50,574 nt of DNA, taken from contig CANQXT010000002.1 in assembly GCA_947627915.1 (NCBI GenBank), positions 1-50,574 of the forward strand, given 5' to 3'. This DNA comes from an uncultured Bacilli bacterium. GTDB taxonomy: Bacteria; Bacillota_I; Bacilli_A; RF39; UBA660. Numbering within the stretch: position 1 is the stretch's first letter; every line of letters starts with the position of its first letter. Below are positions 1 to 11,416 of the stretch, one piece after another. The translations under genes were made by a program, and so were the position numbers. Under the pieces are notes generated by a model. It was given only the letters and a program-made list of their open reading frames with translations. It ran no database searches and was not told the origin of the DNA.

Positions 1-110
1 TCTTTTTCATCTATTATTCGATTACTATATGATTTATATGTTATATTTATTAACATTATCTCTATGATTACTAATATTGTTACTATTATTTTTTTGTTAA
101 TACTTTTCAT
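1..110 (-). CDS. Small membrane-anchored protein, 5' part only (runs off window); paralog of the 146-aa protein at 18915..19355
   Basis: Reverse-complement reads ATG (108-110) then MKSINKKIIVTILVIIEIMLINITYKSYSNRIIDEK..., open to the window edge. It resembles MKKIIIGVLVIIEIFSLYMMYQINNSK of 18915..19355 and sits behind the same 41-bp promoter module. Too short for the ORF track. Confidence 0.5.
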   Translation of the reverse strand, partial: MKSINKKIIVTILVIIEIMLINITYKSYSNRIIDEK

Positions 111-140
111 TATTAATCATCTTACCCTTACTATAAGATA

Positions 141-167
141 ATTATATAATACCCCCCCCGGTGTCAA
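141..167 (-). promoter_or_regulatory. Sigma-A-type promoter TTGACA-15bp-TATAAT with a G8 run in the spacer (copy 1)
   Basis: Minus strand reads TTGACA(167-162) CC GGGGGGGG(159-152) TATTA TATAAT(146-141). The 41 bp at 132..172 are identical to 19412..19452. Confidence 0.5.
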
Positions 168-175
168 GTTTTAGC

Positions 176-203
176 AAAAAAAATGTTGCTTGAAAGCAAC
201 ACT
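176..203 (-). terminator. Rho-independent terminator after rpoC
   Basis: Minus strand reads TGTTGCTT-tc-AAGCAACA stem followed by a T8 run, 4 nt after the rpoC stop. Confidence 0.7.
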
Positions 204-206
204 TTT

Positions 207-3200
207 TTAAGCAGCAGCTAAATCATCATCATTATCTGCTAAGAATTTTTCTTCTAATACTTCACTAGCGTCATCATCTAATAATTGTTTTTGAAGTTCT
301 AGTTCAATATCACTATATTGTTTAGCACCAGTTCCAGCTGGAATTAATTTACCAATTATAACATTTTCTTTTAATCCGACTAGATTATCAACTTTACCAC
401 GCATTGCAGCATCAGTTAAAACTCTAGTTGTTTCTTGGAATGATGCAGCAGATAAGAATGAATCAGTTTCTAGAGATGATTTAGTAATACCTAACATGAT
501 TGGATTTCCTTTAGCAGGAGTTCCACCATTTAAGATAACTGGTTTATTGCCATCAGCAAATTCTCTTAGAGATACTGTTAAACCTTCAACAAAGTCTGTA
601 TCACCAGCATCAATTATTCTTACTTTATTAATCATTCTCTTAACTATTATTTCAATATGTTTATCGTTAATATCAACACCTTGTAATTTATAAACATTTT
701 GAATTTCTTTTAAGATATATTCTTGTGCTGTAAGTGGATCTGTAACTGCTAGTAATTCTTTTGGTGAAATAACACCTTCAGTTAATTTATCACCAGCGGA
801 AACTTCATCACCAACTTCTACTCTAACTTTCATATTATAATTTGTAATATGTTCTTTAACACCAGAGGCATTTTCAATTACAATAGAATGTTTACCATTT
901 TGTTCTTCAACACTTATTACTTTACCAGTAATTTCCGCAATTGTAGCTTTAAATTTAGGAATACGAGCTTCGAATAATTCTTCTACTCTTGGAAGACCTT
1001 GAGTAATATCATCTCCACCAGCTACACCACCAGTATGGAATGTACGCATTGTAAGTTGGGTACCAGGTTCACCAATTGATTGAGCAGCCATAATACCAAC
1101 TGCTTCACCAGTTTCAACTAAGTTACCTGTTGCAAGGTTACGTCCATAACATTTTTGACATACACCACCAACTGTTTTACAAGTAAGAACACTTCTTATT
1201 TCAACTCTCTTAATACCTGCTTTTTTAATTTTAGCAACGATATTTTCGGTAATCATTTCGCCAGCTTCAAGAATAGTTTCTTTTGTTTCTGGATTAATAA
1301 TTTTTTTAGAAGCATATCTGCCTAAAATACGTTCTTCAAGTGATTCAATAACTGAACCATCTTTATCATTAATTAAATCATATACTACTACACCTTGCAT
1401 TGAACCACAATCATGTTCTTTAACAATAATGTCTTGAGCAACATCAACAAGTCTTCTTGTTAAATATCCTGAATCGGCAGTACGTAAGGCAGTATCTGCT
1501 GAACCTTTTCTTGAACCATGGGTTGATAAGAAGAATTCTGATACGGATAATCCTTCCATAAAACATGAAGTAATTGGAATTTCAACAGTAGTACCATCTG
1601 GTTTAGCCATTAAACCACGCATACCAGCAAGTTGGGTAAAGTTAGAAATCTTACCACGAGCACCACTATTCATCATCATAAATATTGGATTTGTAAAGTT
1701 ATCTTTGGCAATTTCTGCTAAAGCATCTTTAACTTTATCAGTTGCTTCTGTCCAAATTTGAATAACGCCATTATATCTTTCTTGTTCTGTAATAAGACCT
1801 TTTTGATATTGTTTATTAATTTTATCTACTCTAACTTTAGCTTCATCAATAATTTTATCTTTAGCATCACTTCTAACTACATCAGCAGCAGATACAGTAA
1901 TACCTGCAATTGTAGAATATTTAAATCCTTGATCTTTTAATTTATCAAGCATTACAGAAGTTTCTGTTGTTTTATATCTTTTAAATACTTGGGCAATTAT
2001 TTGACCTAATGTTTTTTGAACAAAAGGACTTACAAGTGGCATTTCTTTAATTGCTTGTTCTAAATTAGTACCTTTTTCTAAGAAATATTTACTAGGGGTA
2101 ATACCTTCAATATTTTCTTTAGTTCCTTCATTTAAATAAGGGAATGAATCAGGTAATATTTCATTAAATTTAATCTTACCTACAGTTGTAACTAAATATT
2201 TATCCATTTGTTCTTCGGTAAATAATTTATGTTTAAATGATTTAACTGGAATAGCAATTCTTGTATGTAAATCTATTTCTCTTCTTTCATAAGCCATTAA
2301 AGCTTCATTACAATCTTTATAAGCTTTACCTTCATTATTATGTCCTGTTTCTTCCATAGTTAAGTAACAGTTACCAAGTACCATATCTTGGCTTGGTGTA
2401 ACAATAGGTTTTCCATCTTTTGGATTTAAGATATTATTAGCCCCTAACATAAGAATACGAGCTTCACTCTTAGCTTCTTCTGATAATGGTACGTGGACAG
2501 CCATTTGGTCACCATCGAAATCGGCATTAAATGCGGTGCAAACAAGAGGGTGTAAACGAATAGCTTTTCCTCCAACAAGTTTAGGTTCAAATGCTTGAAT
2601 ACCTAATCTATGTAGAGTTGGAGCTCTATTTAACATTACTGGATATTCTGTTATAACATCTTCAACAATATCCCAAACACATTCATCTCTTGATTCAATT
2701 AATTTTTTAGCTCCTTTAATATTATGAGCTAAACCTCTTTCAACTAAACCATGAATAACATGAGGTTTGAAAAGTTCAATAGCCATTTCTTTAGGTAAAC
2801 CACATTGATACATCTTAAGATTTGGTCCAACAACGATAACTGAACGACCAGAGTAATCAACACGTTTACCAAGTAAGTTTTGACGGAATCTTCCTTGTTT
2901 ACCTTTTAACATACTAGATAAACTCTTAAGTGGACGATTAGAGGCAGCAGTGATACTTCTTCCTCTTCTTCCGTTATCAAATAAAGAGTCAACAGCTTCT
3001 TGAAGCATACGTTTTTCATTTTGAACAATGATTGTTGGTGCTCCAAGTTCAAGTAATTTCTTTAAACGATTATTACGATTAATTATTCTTCGATATAAAT
3101 CATTTAAATCACTTGTTGCAAATCTACCACCATCAAGTTGAATCATTGGTCTAAGTTCTGGAGGTATTACTGGTAAAACAGTTAAAACCATCCATTCAGG

Positions 3201-3866
3201 TTTATTTCCTGATTCTTGGAATGCTACTAAGGCATCAAGTCTTTTAACTAAACGAATTTTCTTTTGACTAGTAGCATTTTCAAGTTCACTTCTAACATTA
3301 GCTATTTCTTTTTCTAAATCTACTCTTTTTAAAAGTTCTTGAATAGCTTCTGCTCCCATACCAACTTTAAAAGTATTACCATATTTTTCATAATAAGCAC
3401 GATATTCTTTATCAGATAATGTTTGTTTTTCCATTAAAGGAACATTTCCTGGATCAATAACAACATAACTAACAAAATATAATACTTCTTCTAAATCTCT
3501 TGGACTCATATCAAGAACTAAGCCCATTTTAGATGGAACACCTTTAAAGAACCAAATGTGAGAGCAAGGTGCAGCAAGTTCAATATGTCCCATACGTTCA
3601 CGACGTACTTTAGAACGAGTAACTTCTACACCACATCTATCACAGACAACATTTTTATATCTAAGTCTTTTATATTTACCACAAGAACATTCAAAATCTT
3701 TAGTAGGTCCAAATATTTTTTCACAGAATAGACCATCTCTTTCTGGTTTTAATGTACGATAGTTAATAGTTTCTGGTTTTTTTACTTCACCATAAGACCA
3801 ACTACGAATTTTTTCAGGTGATGCAATACTAATTTTAATACCTTTAAATTTACTTACATCTATCAT
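207..3866 (-). CDS. rpoC: DNA-directed RNA polymerase subunit beta'
   Basis: 1219-aa ORF with a Zn-binding [14 protein letters not shown] region, the catalytic [14 protein letters not shown] motif, and conserved bridge-helix/trigger-loop regions. Its start overlaps the rpoB stop (TAATG). Confidence 0.98.
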   Translation of the reverse strand: MIDVSKFKGIKISIASPEKIRSWSYGEVKKPETINYRTLKPERDGLFCEKIFGPTKDFECSCGKYKRLRYKNVVCDRCGVEVTRSKVRRERMGHIELAAPCSHIWFFKGVPSKMGLVLDMSPRDLEEVLYFVSYVVIDPGNVPLMEKQTLSDKEYRAYYEKYGNTFKVGMGAEAIQELLKRVDLEKEIANVRSELENATSQKKIRLVKRLDALVAFQESGNKPEWMVLTVLPVIPPELRPMIQLDGGRFATSDLNDLYRRIINRNNRLKKLLELGAPTIIVQNEKRMLQEAVDSLFDNGRRGRSITAASNRPLKSLSSMLKGKQGRFRQNLLGKRVDYSGRSVIVVGPNLKMYQCGLPKEMAIELFKPHVIHGLVERGLAHNIKGAKKLIESRDECVWDIVEDVITEYPVMLNRAPTLHRLGIQAFEPKLVGGKAIRLHPLVCTAFNADFDGDQMAVHVPLSEEAKSEARILMLGANNILNPKDGKPIVTPSQDMVLGNCYLTMEETGHNNEGKAYKDCNEALMAYERREIDLHTRIAIPVKSFKHKLFTEEQMDKYLVTTVGKIKFNEILPDSFPYLNEGTKENIEGITPSKYFLEKGTNLEQAIKEMPLVSPFVQKTLGQIIAQVFKRYKTTETSVMLDKLKDQGFKYSTIAGITVSAADVVRSDAKDKIIDEAKVRVDKINKQYQKGLITEQERYNGVIQIWTEATDKVKDALAEIAKDNFTNPIFMMMNSGARGKISNFTQLAGMRGLMAKPDGTTVEIPITSCFMEGLSVSEFFLSTHGSRKGSADTALRTADSGYLTRRLVDVAQDIIVKEHDCGSMQGVVVYDLINDKDGSVIESLEERILGRYASKKIINPETKETILEAGEMITENIVAKIKKAGIKRVEIRSVLTCKTVGGVCQKCYGRNLATGNLVETGEAVGIMAAQSIGEPGTQLTMRTFHTGGVAGGDDITQGLPRVEELFEARIPKFKATIAEITGKVISVEEQNGKHSIVIENASGVKEHITNYNMKVRVEVGDEVSAGDKLTEGVISPKELLAVTDPLTAQEYILKEIQNVYKLQGVDINDKHIEIIVKRMINKVRIIDAGDTDFVEGLTVSLREFADGNKPVILNGGTPAKGNPIMLGITKSSLETDSFLSAASFQETTRVLTDAAMRGKVDNLVGLKENVIIGKLIPAGTGAKQYSDIELELQKQLLDDDASEVLEEKFLADNDDDLAAA

Positions 3867-6800
3867 TATTCCACCTCTATATCTTCATCTAAGTCTTCTG
3901 GAAATTCTAAATCATCTAATGAATCTTCTTCAAATTCATCTTCTTCATTTTTTTCTTCTACAACTTCTTCAAATGGTTCTTCATTATTATCTTCATTTGG
4001 AAGTTCTATTTCTTCAATTCTAAATGTATCATCACTATCTTCATCTTCTTCAATATCTTTAAAGTCAACAACCTTATCATCATTATCAATTACTTGAACA
4101 TCTAAACCTAAAGCTTGGAATTCTTTTACTAATACTCTAAATGATTCTGGAACACCAGCTTGATTTACAAGTTTACCTTTAACTAATGCTTCATATACTT
4201 TAACACGACCAACAATATCATCAGCTTTAACTGTTAATATTTCTTGAAGAACATGAGCAGCACCATAAGCATATAATGCCCAAACTTCCATTTCTCCAAA
4301 TCTTTGACCACCAAATTGAGCTTTACCTCCAAGTGGTTGTTGAGTAACTAATGAATAAGGTCCTGTTGCACGAGCATGTAATTTATCATCAACCATGTGG
4401 TGTAATTTAACCATGTACATAACACCAACTGATATTCTTTGATCAAATGGTTCACCAGTACGTCCATTATATAAGACTGTTTTTCCATCTGGTTCCATTC
4501 CGGCTTCTTTCATTTCTTCTTGAATATCTTCCCAAGAAGCACTATCGAATACTGGCGTTGCATAATGAACACCTAATTTTTTACCAGCCATACCTAAGTG
4601 TAATTCTAAGATTTGACCAATGTTCATACGAGATGGAACACCTAATGGATTAAGCATTACATCAACTGGACGACCATCTGGTAAATATGGCATATCTTCT
4701 TCAGGAAGTACTAGAGAGATAACACCTTTGTTACCATGACGTCCTGACATTTTATCACCAATTTGAATTTTTCTCTTTTGAATTATATATACACGAATAA
4801 CTTTAGATACACCAGCAGGTAGTTCATCAGAATTTTCTTTAGTATAAACTTTAACATCATGAACTACACCACCAGCTCCGTGTTCAACACGTAAACTAGT
4901 ATCTCTAACTTCACGAGTTTTTTCACCAAAGATAGCATGTAATAATTTTTCTTCACTAGTAAGTTCTTGCATACCTTTAGGTGTTACTTTACCAACTAAG
5001 ATATCGCCTTCTTTAACTTCAGTACCAATTTTAACAATACCATCGGCATCTAAGTTCTTACGAGCATCTTCTCCAACATTTGGAATATCTCTTGTAATTT
5101 CTTCAGGTCCAAGTTTTGTATCACGACAATCGATATCATAGTGATCTATATGTAAAGAAGTATATACATCATCTTTAACTAATCTTTCATTTAAGATAAC
5201 AGCATCTTCATAGTTATAACCATTATATGTCATGAAAGCAACAGTCATATTCTTACCTAAGGCAAGTTCGCCACCTTCAGTTGAAGGTCCATCAGCAATA
5301 ACTTGACCAGCATGAACTTTATCACCCTTTTTAACAAGTGGATGATGGTTTATAGCACTTGAAGCATTACTTCTTTCAAAGTTAGCTAAATGATATGTAT
5401 CAAATCCTTGTTTTACTTTAACAACTATTTTTAAGCCATCAGCATATTCAACTACACCATCTGCTTTACAGACAATTGTAGATCCAGAATCTCTAGCGGC
5501 AATCCATTCTACACCTGTACCAACAATTGGTGCTTCACTAGTAAGTAGTGGCACTGCTTGACGTTGCATGTTAGAACCCATTAATGTACGGTTAGCATCA
5601 TCGAATTCCAAGAATGGAATACAACTTGTTGTAATAGATACAACTTGACTTGGTGCAACATCGACATAATCGACAACATCACGTTTAACCATAACGTTAT
5701 CACCATTATGACGAACTAATAATTCATCGGCTATTATTTTATTATTATCATCTAATTTAACAGTAGCTTGACTGATATATAAATCTTGTTCTTCATCAGC
5801 AGTCATATAAACGATTTCATCTAAGACAACACCATCTTTAACTTTACGATAAGGTGTCATTATAAAACCATATTCATTTATTTTAGCATAACCAGCTAAA
5901 CTAGTAATAAGGCCAATGTTTTGTCCTTCTGGAGATTCAATTGGACATATACGACCATAGTGAGATGAGTTAACATCACGTACATCCATACCAGCACGTT
6001 CTCTTGAAAGTCCACCAGGTCCTAAACTTGATAAACGTCTTTTATCAGTAAGTTCAGCAATTGGATTTATTTGATCCATGAACTTAGATAATTGAGATGA
6101 TCCAAAGAATTCTTTTAAAGCAGCTGTTACAGGTCTTATGTTAATAAGAGTTTTTGGTGTAATATTTTCTACTTCTTGAGTAGTCATTCTTTCACGAATA
6201 ACTCTTTCCATACGACTAACACCAGTTCTAAATTGATTTTGAATAAGTTCTCCTACTTGACGAACACGTCTATTTCCTAAATTATCTATTTCATCTGTAT
6301 TACCAATATTATCATGTAAATTTAAATAATATGATACTGCAGCATAAATATCTGGAATAGTAAGTCTCTTTTCATCAATACTTTGATCATTACCTATTAA
6401 TTTAATTGTCTTTTTAGAATTATTTTTATCATATACTAAAATTGTTTGAATTTTATTATATTCATCTAATTCCATATTTGTAATAGTTTCTTTTAAATTG
6501 TAACCTTTAGCCATAGCATCTTTTAAGATACTTATATTATTTTTATCAATTACAGTTCCTTTAGCTAAAACTACTTCTTTATCAACTTTAATATCTTCAG
6601 CTAATGTACAACCTAATATTCTTTCACAAACATTTAATTTTTTGTTAAATTTATAACGTCCTACTTTAGCTAAATCATAACGGAATCTATCAAAGAATCT
6701 CGTTATTAATTGGTTTTTAGCACTATCTAATGTTGCTGGTTCTCCAGGTCTTAATTTTTCATAAATTTCAATTAATGCTTCATCAGTATTTCTTGTATTA

Positions 6801-7471
6801 TCTTTTAGAATAGTATTTTCTAAATATTCATTCTTGCCAAAAACACTAATGATATCATCATCACTAGATAATCCTATTGCTCTTAAGAATGTTGTAATTG
6901 GAACTTTTCTTGTACGATCAATTCTAACATAAACAACATTTTTAGCATCTGTTTCAAATTCAAGCCAAGTACCCTTATTAGGTATAACTTCTCCTGAAAT
7001 GATATGACGTCCATTTTTATCTATTTCTTTTTTAAAGTAAATAGATGGACTTCTAACAAGTTGGGAAACAATAACTCTTTCTGCACCATTAATGATAAAA
7101 GTACCTGCTTCAGTCATTAAAGGCATATCTCCTAAAAAGATTTCTTGTTCCTTTACTTCCCCTGTTTCATGAATGTAAACTCTTGCTTGTACTTTTAATG
7201 GTGAAGCATAGTTTACCATTCTTTCTTTTGCTTCCTTGATAGAATATCTTGGAGATTCAAATGAATAGTCTCCTAATTCTAAAGAAATATTTCCAGTAAA
7301 TGATTCCACAGGAAATAAGTCATCAAACACTTCTCTTATTCCTTCATTTAAGAATTGTTGATAACTTTTCTTTTGAATTTCTAACAAATCTGCAAGTTCT
7401 AGCGTATTTTTTGATTTTGCAAAGCTTCTTCTTTTTCGATAATCACCAAATTTTAAGGTTTTATAAGCCAC
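3866..7471 (-). CDS. rpoB: DNA-directed RNA polymerase subunit beta
   Basis: ORF 3866..7489. Firmicute RpoB-like from [29 protein letters not shown] onward. The GTG at 7469-7471, preceded by an AGGGGTGAT RBS, is preferred over the RBS-less ATG at 7489. About 60 aa of acidic C-terminal tail. Confidence 0.97.
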   Translation of the reverse strand: MAYKTLKFGDYRKRRSFAKSKNTLELADLLEIQKKSYQQFLNEGIREVFDDLFPVESFTGNISLELGDYSFESPRYSIKEAKERMVNYASPLKVQARVYIHETGEVKEQEIFLGDMPLMTEAGTFIINGAERVIVSQLVRSPSIYFKKEIDKNGRHIISGEVIPNKGTWLEFETDAKNVVYVRIDRTRKVPITTFLRAIGLSSDDDIISVFGKNEYLENTILKDNTRNTDEALIEIYEKLRPGEPATLDSAKNQLITRFFDRFRYDLAKVGRYKFNKKLNVCERILGCTLAEDIKVDKEVVLAKGTVIDKNNISILKDAMAKGYNLKETITNMELDEYNKIQTILVYDKNNSKKTIKLIGNDQSIDEKRLTIPDIYAAVSYYLNLHDNIGNTDEIDNLGNRRVRQVGELIQNQFRTGVSRMERVIRERMTTQEVENITPKTLINIRPVTAALKEFFGSSQLSKFMDQINPIAELTDKRRLSSLGPGGLSRERAGMDVRDVNSSHYGRICPIESPEGQNIGLITSLAGYAKINEYGFIMTPYRKVKDGVVLDEIVYMTADEEQDLYISQATVKLDDNNKIIADELLVRHNGDNVMVKRDVVDYVDVAPSQVVSITTSCIPFLEFDDANRTLMGSNMQRQAVPLLTSEAPIVGTGVEWIAARDSGSTIVCKADGVVEYADGLKIVVKVKQGFDTYHLANFERSNASSAINHHPLVKKGDKVHAGQVIADGPSTEGGELALGKNMTVAFMTYNGYNYEDAVILNERLVKDDVYTSLHIDHYDIDCRDTKLGPEEITRDIPNVGEDARKNLDADGIVKIGTEVKEGDILVGKVTPKGMQELTSEEKLLHAIFGEKTREVRDTSLRVEHGAGGVVHDVKVYTKENSDELPAGVSKVIRVYIIQKRKIQIGDKMSGRHGNKGVISLVLPEEDMPYLPDGRPVDVMLNPLGVPSRMNIGQILELHLGMAGKKLGVHYATPVFDSASWEDIQEEMKEAGMEPDGKTVLYNGRTGEPFDQRISVGVMYMVKLHHMVDDKLHARATGPYSLVTQQPLGGKAQFGGQRFGEMEVWALYAYGAAHVLQEILTVKADDIVGRVKVYEALVKGKLVNQAGVPESFRVLVKEFQALGLDVQVIDNDDKVVDFKDIEEDEDSDDTFRIEEIELPNEDNNEEPFEEVVEEKNEEDEFEEDSLDDLEFPEDLDEDIEVE

Positions 7472-7531
7472 GATATCACCCCTATACATAGATTTTCATT
7501 TTGAAAAATATAAATACGTCACCAATTTAAA

Positions 7532-7560
7532 ATTTTATCAAGTATTTAAAATAAAGTCAA
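7532..7560 (-). promoter_or_regulatory. Candidate sigma-A promoter for rpoBC (TTGACT-17-TAAAAT)
   Basis: Hexamers read on the minus strand. The -35 overlaps the stop codon of the upstream methyltransferase gene. Confidence 0.45.
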
Positions 7561-8150
7561 CTGATTTTTAAAGAAATTATAAAATTTCCTTTACTTTTTT
7601 GAATTATGTTACACGTACATAAATTTTCCAATTCTTTTTTTACGCTTTTAGCACCCTTATCTTTTGCAATCACAAACCAAAGTTCCCCATCTTTATTTAA
7701 TTTTGCAAGTCCTCCTTTTAGAAATTCCATTAAGGTTTCTTTCCCTGCTCTAATCGGCGGATTTGTAATAATTAAATCATACTTATCTGTAACATTTTCA
7801 TAAATGTTACTTTCCCAAACTGTTGCATCTACTTTATTTATTTCAATATTCATATTACATAAATGAACTGCTCTTTTATTTATATCAACCATATCAATAT
7901 GTTTATTTAATATTTTACTTAATGTTATACCAATAAAACCATAACCACATCCAACATCAAGTATCTTATTATATTCTCTATTTTTAGATTCTAAAAATGT
8001 TTTAACTAAAAATAAACTAGCATAATCTATTTTATTTTTAGAAAAAACTCCATTATCACTTTTAAACAAAAAATTATATGCATCTAATTGAAAATTTATG
8101 TCTCGTATCTCACTCTTTAAATTTTGATTATTTGTAAAATAGTGTTCCAA
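7557..8150 (-). CDS. Class I SAM-dependent RNA methyltransferase (small-domain RsmC/RlmG-like, B. subtilis YbxB-like position upstream of rpoB)
   Basis: 197 aa with SAM motif I ILDVGCGYGFIG and the ITNPPIRAG (NPPxH/R-like) motif. TTG start with an upstream GGGGAAT RBS. Synteny matches ybxB-rpoB in Bacillus. Confidence 0.85.
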   Translation of the reverse strand: MEHYFTNNQNLKSEIRDINFQLDAYNFLFKSDNGVFSKNKIDYASLFLVKTFLESKNREYNKILDVGCGYGFIGITLSKILNKHIDMVDINKRAVHLCNMNIEINKVDATVWESNIYENVTDKYDLIITNPPIRAGKETLMEFLKGGLAKLNKDGELWFVIAKDKGAKSVKKELENLCTCNIIQKSKGNFIISLKIS

Positions 8151-8246
8151 TACTATTCCCCGTTTCTTTCATATACATTGAGTATAGCATAAAAGATAGA
8201 TGCTAACAAGATTAAAAAATTAAAAATTATGCAATATTTTGTCAAA

Positions 8247-8272
8247 CAAAAAAAGTTAGCAACTCGCTAACC
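8247..8272 (-). terminator. Rho-independent terminator after hup
   Basis: Minus strand reads GTTAGC-gagtt-GCTAAC followed by T7. Confidence 0.6.
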
Positions 8273-8284
8273 TTTTATGACTCA

Positions 8285-8557
8285 TTAATTTAAAGCTTCT
8301 TTTAATTTGCTTCCAGCTTTGAATGAAGCAACTGTCTTTGCAGGAATCTTTAATGGTTCTTTAGTTAAAGGATTGATTCCTTCTCTAGCTTTTCTTTTTT
8401 TAGCACTAAAAGTTCCAAATCCAACTAGAGTAACTTTTCCTTCCTTTTTAAGTCCCTTAGTAATTCCTTCAAAAGTAGCATCTACAGCTCTAGCAGCAGC
8501 AGCTTTAGATATTTCAGCTTTTTCAGCAACTAATTCAACTAATTCTGTTTTAGACAT
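8285..8557 (-). CDS. hup: Nucleoid-associated DNA-binding protein HU
   Basis: 90 aa. MSKTELV..GFGTFSAKKRKAREGINPLTKEPLKIPA is a typical HU/IHF fold signature. Confidence 0.95.
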   Translation of the reverse strand: MSKTELVELVAEKAEISKAAAARAVDATFEGITKGLKKEGKVTLVGFGTFSAKKRKAREGINPLTKEPLKIPAKTVASFKAGSKLKEALN

Positions 8558-8700
8558 GTTTTTCTTACCTCCTCATAATATTTTCATATCTTCGTAGGAC
8601 TTATTGTCCTTACATATTAAGATTAACAAAAAAATATTGTAAAATCAATAAAAAAAGCACATAAATTAGAAAATAATAATAATTTTATTATTATTTTACA

Positions 8701-8730
8701 CAAAAAACGTCTATATAATAGACATTTTTT
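8701..8730 (-). terminator. Terminator after spoIVA
   Basis: Minus strand reads GTCTAT-tat-ATAGAC followed by T6. The stem is short, so confidence is moderate. Confidence 0.5.
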
Positions 8731-8731
8731 A

Positions 8732-10210
8732 TCATAAAACGATAGCAATTAAGTTATTACTTCCCTTATTTACTATTTTAGTTACTGTATTAGATAATTT
8801 GAATCTTGTATTATCAGGCATCATATTAAGCTTAGCTTGAATACCTTCTTGAACTATAACTTCTAAACTACGACCAAATATTTCACTTTTCCAAATACTA
8901 CTTGGATCTGTTTCATAATCTTTCATCAAATAATTTATTAATTCTTTACTTTGAAGTTCACTACCGATAATTGGTTCAAAAGTACTTTCTACATCAACTT
9001 TCATTAAATGAATACTTGATGCTAAAGCTTTTAATTTAACTCCATAACGACTTCCTTGTTTGACTATTTCTGGTGTTTCTAATTTCATATCCTTAAGAGT
9101 TGGATATACAATACCATATCCTGTTGTTTTAGCTTGTTTTAATGCATTCTTTAAAAGTTCTGTTTCTTCTCTATTTTCTTTATAAGTTGCAAATATTTTT
9201 AAAAGTCCTGCTTTAGTTGTCGCTGATTCTCCCACTAAAGATTTTAAAGTTTCATTATATAATTCATTAGGACTTTCTAAATTAAGAGTAATAGTTCCAT
9301 TAGCTGTATCAAGTTCACTAATATAAGCTTTAGATATATATTCACTATCTTCAAAGTGCCCAATTATATAATCAACATCTTTAACTTTATTAACACTAAT
9401 AACACTTTCTTTAATTTTTTCTAAGTAATGCATTTTAATAGCGTTATTCATTGGCAAAACATGAACCCACTCTGGCATATTAACCATAATATCTATTACT
9501 GGGAATTCATATAATGCTTCTTTTAAAATACTCATTATCTCTTTTTCATTCATATTTTCAACATTTATTGGTAAAACAGGAACATCATATGTTTCATTTA
9601 ATCTTCTAGATAATTCTTGCGTATCAGTATTAGTTGGATGAACAGAATTTAATATTACAATAAATGGTTTACCTATTTCTTTTAATTCTGTTACAATTTT
9701 TTCTTCTGCTTCGACATAAGCATCTCTTTTTATTTCCCCAAAAGAACCATCTGTAGTCATTACAATCCCAATTGTTGAATGGTCTTTAATTACTTTTTGG
9801 GTTCCAACTTCTGCTGCTTCCACAAATGGAATAGCATCAGGAAACCACGGGGTTTTTACCATTCTCGGATTACCATCTTCATCTTCATAACCATTTGCCC
9901 CAGGTATAACATATCCTACACAATCTACTAATTTAATATTCGTTTCAAAAGAATCAACTTTAATATTAGCTCCGTTAGAAGGAACAAATTTTGGTTCAGT
10001 TGTCATAATTGTTTTACCTTCAGCACTTTGAGGAATTTCATCTAAACATTTTTTCTTTTCAAAATCATCAGTAATATTAGGAACAACTAAATTTTCTATA
10101 AATCTTTTAATAAAAGTCGATTTACCACATCTTACTGCTCCCACAACACCCAAGTAAATTTCGCCATTTCCTCTTTTAGCAATCGAAGATATTATATTTT
10201 CTTTTTCCAT
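8732..10210 (-). CDS. spoIVA: Stage IV sporulation protein A (spore coat basement-layer ATPase)
   Basis: 492 aa. GEIYLGVVGAVRCGKSTFIKRF (Walker A) and QSAEGKTIMTTEPKFVP are near-identical in pattern to B. subtilis SpoIVA. Adjacent to hup, as in Bacillus. Confidence 0.97.
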   Translation of the reverse strand: MEKENIISSIAKRGNGEIYLGVVGAVRCGKSTFIKRFIENLVVPNITDDFEKKKCLDEIPQSAEGKTIMTTEPKFVPSNGANIKVDSFETNIKLVDCVGYVIPGANGYEDEDGNPRMVKTPWFPDAIPFVEAAEVGTQKVIKDHSTIGIVMTTDGSFGEIKRDAYVEAEEKIVTELKEIGKPFIVILNSVHPTNTDTQELSRRLNETYDVPVLPINVENMNEKEIMSILKEALYEFPVIDIMVNMPEWVHVLPMNNAIKMHYLEKIKESVISVNKVKDVDYIIGHFEDSEYISKAYISELDTANGTITLNLESPNELYNETLKSLVGESATTKAGLLKIFATYKENREETELLKNALKQAKTTGYGIVYPTLKDMKLETPEIVKQGSRYGVKLKALASSIHLMKVDVESTFEPIIGSELQSKELINYLMKDYETDPSSIWKSEIFGRSLEVIVQEGIQAKLNMMPDNTRFKLSNTVTKIVNKGSNNLIAIVL

Positions 10211-10234
10211 AACTTCTCTCCTTTTTCTACTTTA

Positions 10235-10263
10235 ATGCTATGATACATTCTAAAATTTATGCA
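10235..10263 (-). promoter_or_regulatory. Candidate sigma-E-type sporulation promoter for spoIVA
   Basis: Minus strand reads TGCATAA-14 nt-CATAGCAT, about 25 nt upstream of the ATG. It resembles the sigma-E consensus (ATA-rich -35, CATAcanT -10). Match judged by eye only. Confidence 0.3.
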
Positions 10264-10291
10264 AAGAAAAAATGTATTGTTCAAATACATT
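10264..10291 (-). terminator. Rho-independent terminator downstream of 10412..11272
   Basis: Minus strand reads AATGTATT-tgaac-AATACATT followed by TTTTTCTTT. Confidence 0.55.
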
Positions 10292-10411
10292 CGTTCCTAC
10301 AAGTTACTTCGTCCTTTGTGCAACTCATAATAAATGTTTTCTCTTTGTTCAATTTTTTCCACATACCAAAAGAGTAAGATACTGTGAAAGAAAGGATCTG
10401 GTCGTAAATGA

Positions 10412-11272
10412 CTAATATTGTAACCTAACGCCTGTTTCTCCATCATACTTTTGGGAAATGCTGTATGGATATACAAAGACAGCACCAAGGCCAGTACTTC
10501 CTAATGTGAAGTTTAAAGCTTCGTTCATCGTCGTTTTTGCTACAGCATGTTGATAAGATCCAAATAATTCTGGATGACTTGCAGTTTGTTTTACGTCGCA
10601 TTCTAGGTTAAGTTGAAGTCCTTTTAAATTACTATTGTTCACTATATTCATAGCAAAACCAAATCCATTGTCTAATTTTTTAATATGATCTTCATCCCAA
10701 TCATAAAAGATAGTACTCCAAGTGTCATCTAATTTAATTGATTGTTCTCCAAATTGAGAACCATTCCGAACATCAAAACCAACTAAACGAACACCAATAA
10801 CATCAAATTCTCTAGTACTAGGAATTCCTTTCCAAATATTAGATAAAATTACAGGATTATATACTGTACCACCTATAATGGCAATTTCTAATCTTTTGGC
10901 ACTAGTTTCAGAATATGCAGAGTCGGAATTAACCATTGGTCTATTCTCACTCACTACAACGCCTGGAATAAAGTTATCATATTCTTCTTCAGTAATTTCT
11001 TTTTCGGTAACTAAATTTAAACGACGATTATATGTAGTTTCAACATACTTTGTTTCTTTTCTTATATCAGTAAAATCTAAGGCAGATAATTTGTTATATT
11101 TTTCTTGTGTCATATTCATTATATATTCAGGTGTGTATACTTTCAAAAAATTATTATAATCATTTTCTGACATTACAACACCGTTTTGATTAACAATATC
11201 TTTTGCAATGCAATTAAGGGGTATTATTAAAACTACAATAACAATCGTTAAGAATATTTTCAATCTTTTCAT
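10412..11272 (-). CDS. Secreted protein of unknown function
   Basis: The ORF track gives 10412..11353. The start at ATG 11270-11272 (MKRLKIFLTIVIVVLIIPLNCIAKD, a signal peptide) has a GGAGAGG RBS. I recognise no family. Confidence 0.7.
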   Translation of the reverse strand: MKRLKIFLTIVIVVLIIPLNCIAKDIVNQNGVVMSENDYNNFLKVYTPEYIMNMTQEKYNKLSALDFTDIRKETKYVETTYNRRLNLVTEKEITEEEYDNFIPGVVVSENRPMVNSDSAYSETSAKRLEIAIIGGTVYNPVILSNIWKGIPSTREFDVIGVRLVGFDVRNGSQFGEQSIKLDDTWSTIFYDWDEDHIKKLDNGFGFAMNIVNNSNLKGLQLNLECDVKQTASHPELFGSYQHAVAKTTMNEALNFTLGSTGLGAVFVYPYSISQKYDGETGVRLQY

Positions 11273-11335
11273 TTCGCCTCTCCTTTCTAGTGTCATTTTA
11301 TATGAAAATGGTAAAAATTGGCAACCTAATTTTGC

Positions 11336-11364
11336 GAGAATATCAATTCTCAAATTGTGAGAAT
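11336..11364. promoter_or_regulatory. Overlapping inverted repeats (GAGAAT-atca-ATTCTCA-aattg-TGAGAAT), candidate operator
   Basis: Three GAGAAT/ATTCTC half-sites lie just upstream of a TTGCCA-16-TATAAA promoter for 10412..11272. They are immediately downstream of the XRE-family regulator gene. Confidence 0.35.
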
Positions 11365-11385
11365 TTGTCGAAATGTTGAGAAAAA

Positions 11386-11416
11386 TAGAAAAAGATATCG
11401 TTTTTTGTCGATATCT
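11386..11416 (-). terminator. Terminator after the XRE-family gene
   Basis: Minus strand reads AGATATCG-acaaaaaa-CGATATCT followed by TTTTTCTATTTTT. Confidence 0.55.

Noticed and set aside
496-693. Short + strand ORFs inside rpoC/rpoB (496..693, 1758..1940, 4447..4653, 7300..7491)
   Set aside because: They are antisense to strongly conserved RNA polymerase genes. Their products are low-complexity and hydrophobic, and they have no RBS. They are typical shadow ORFs.
10297-10488. 63-aa ORF overlapping the 3' end of 10412..11272 and the following 3' UTR
   Set aside because: It has no RBS and its start lies inside the neighbouring gene in another frame. The region is better explained as a ~120-nt 3' UTR ending at the terminator 10264..10291.
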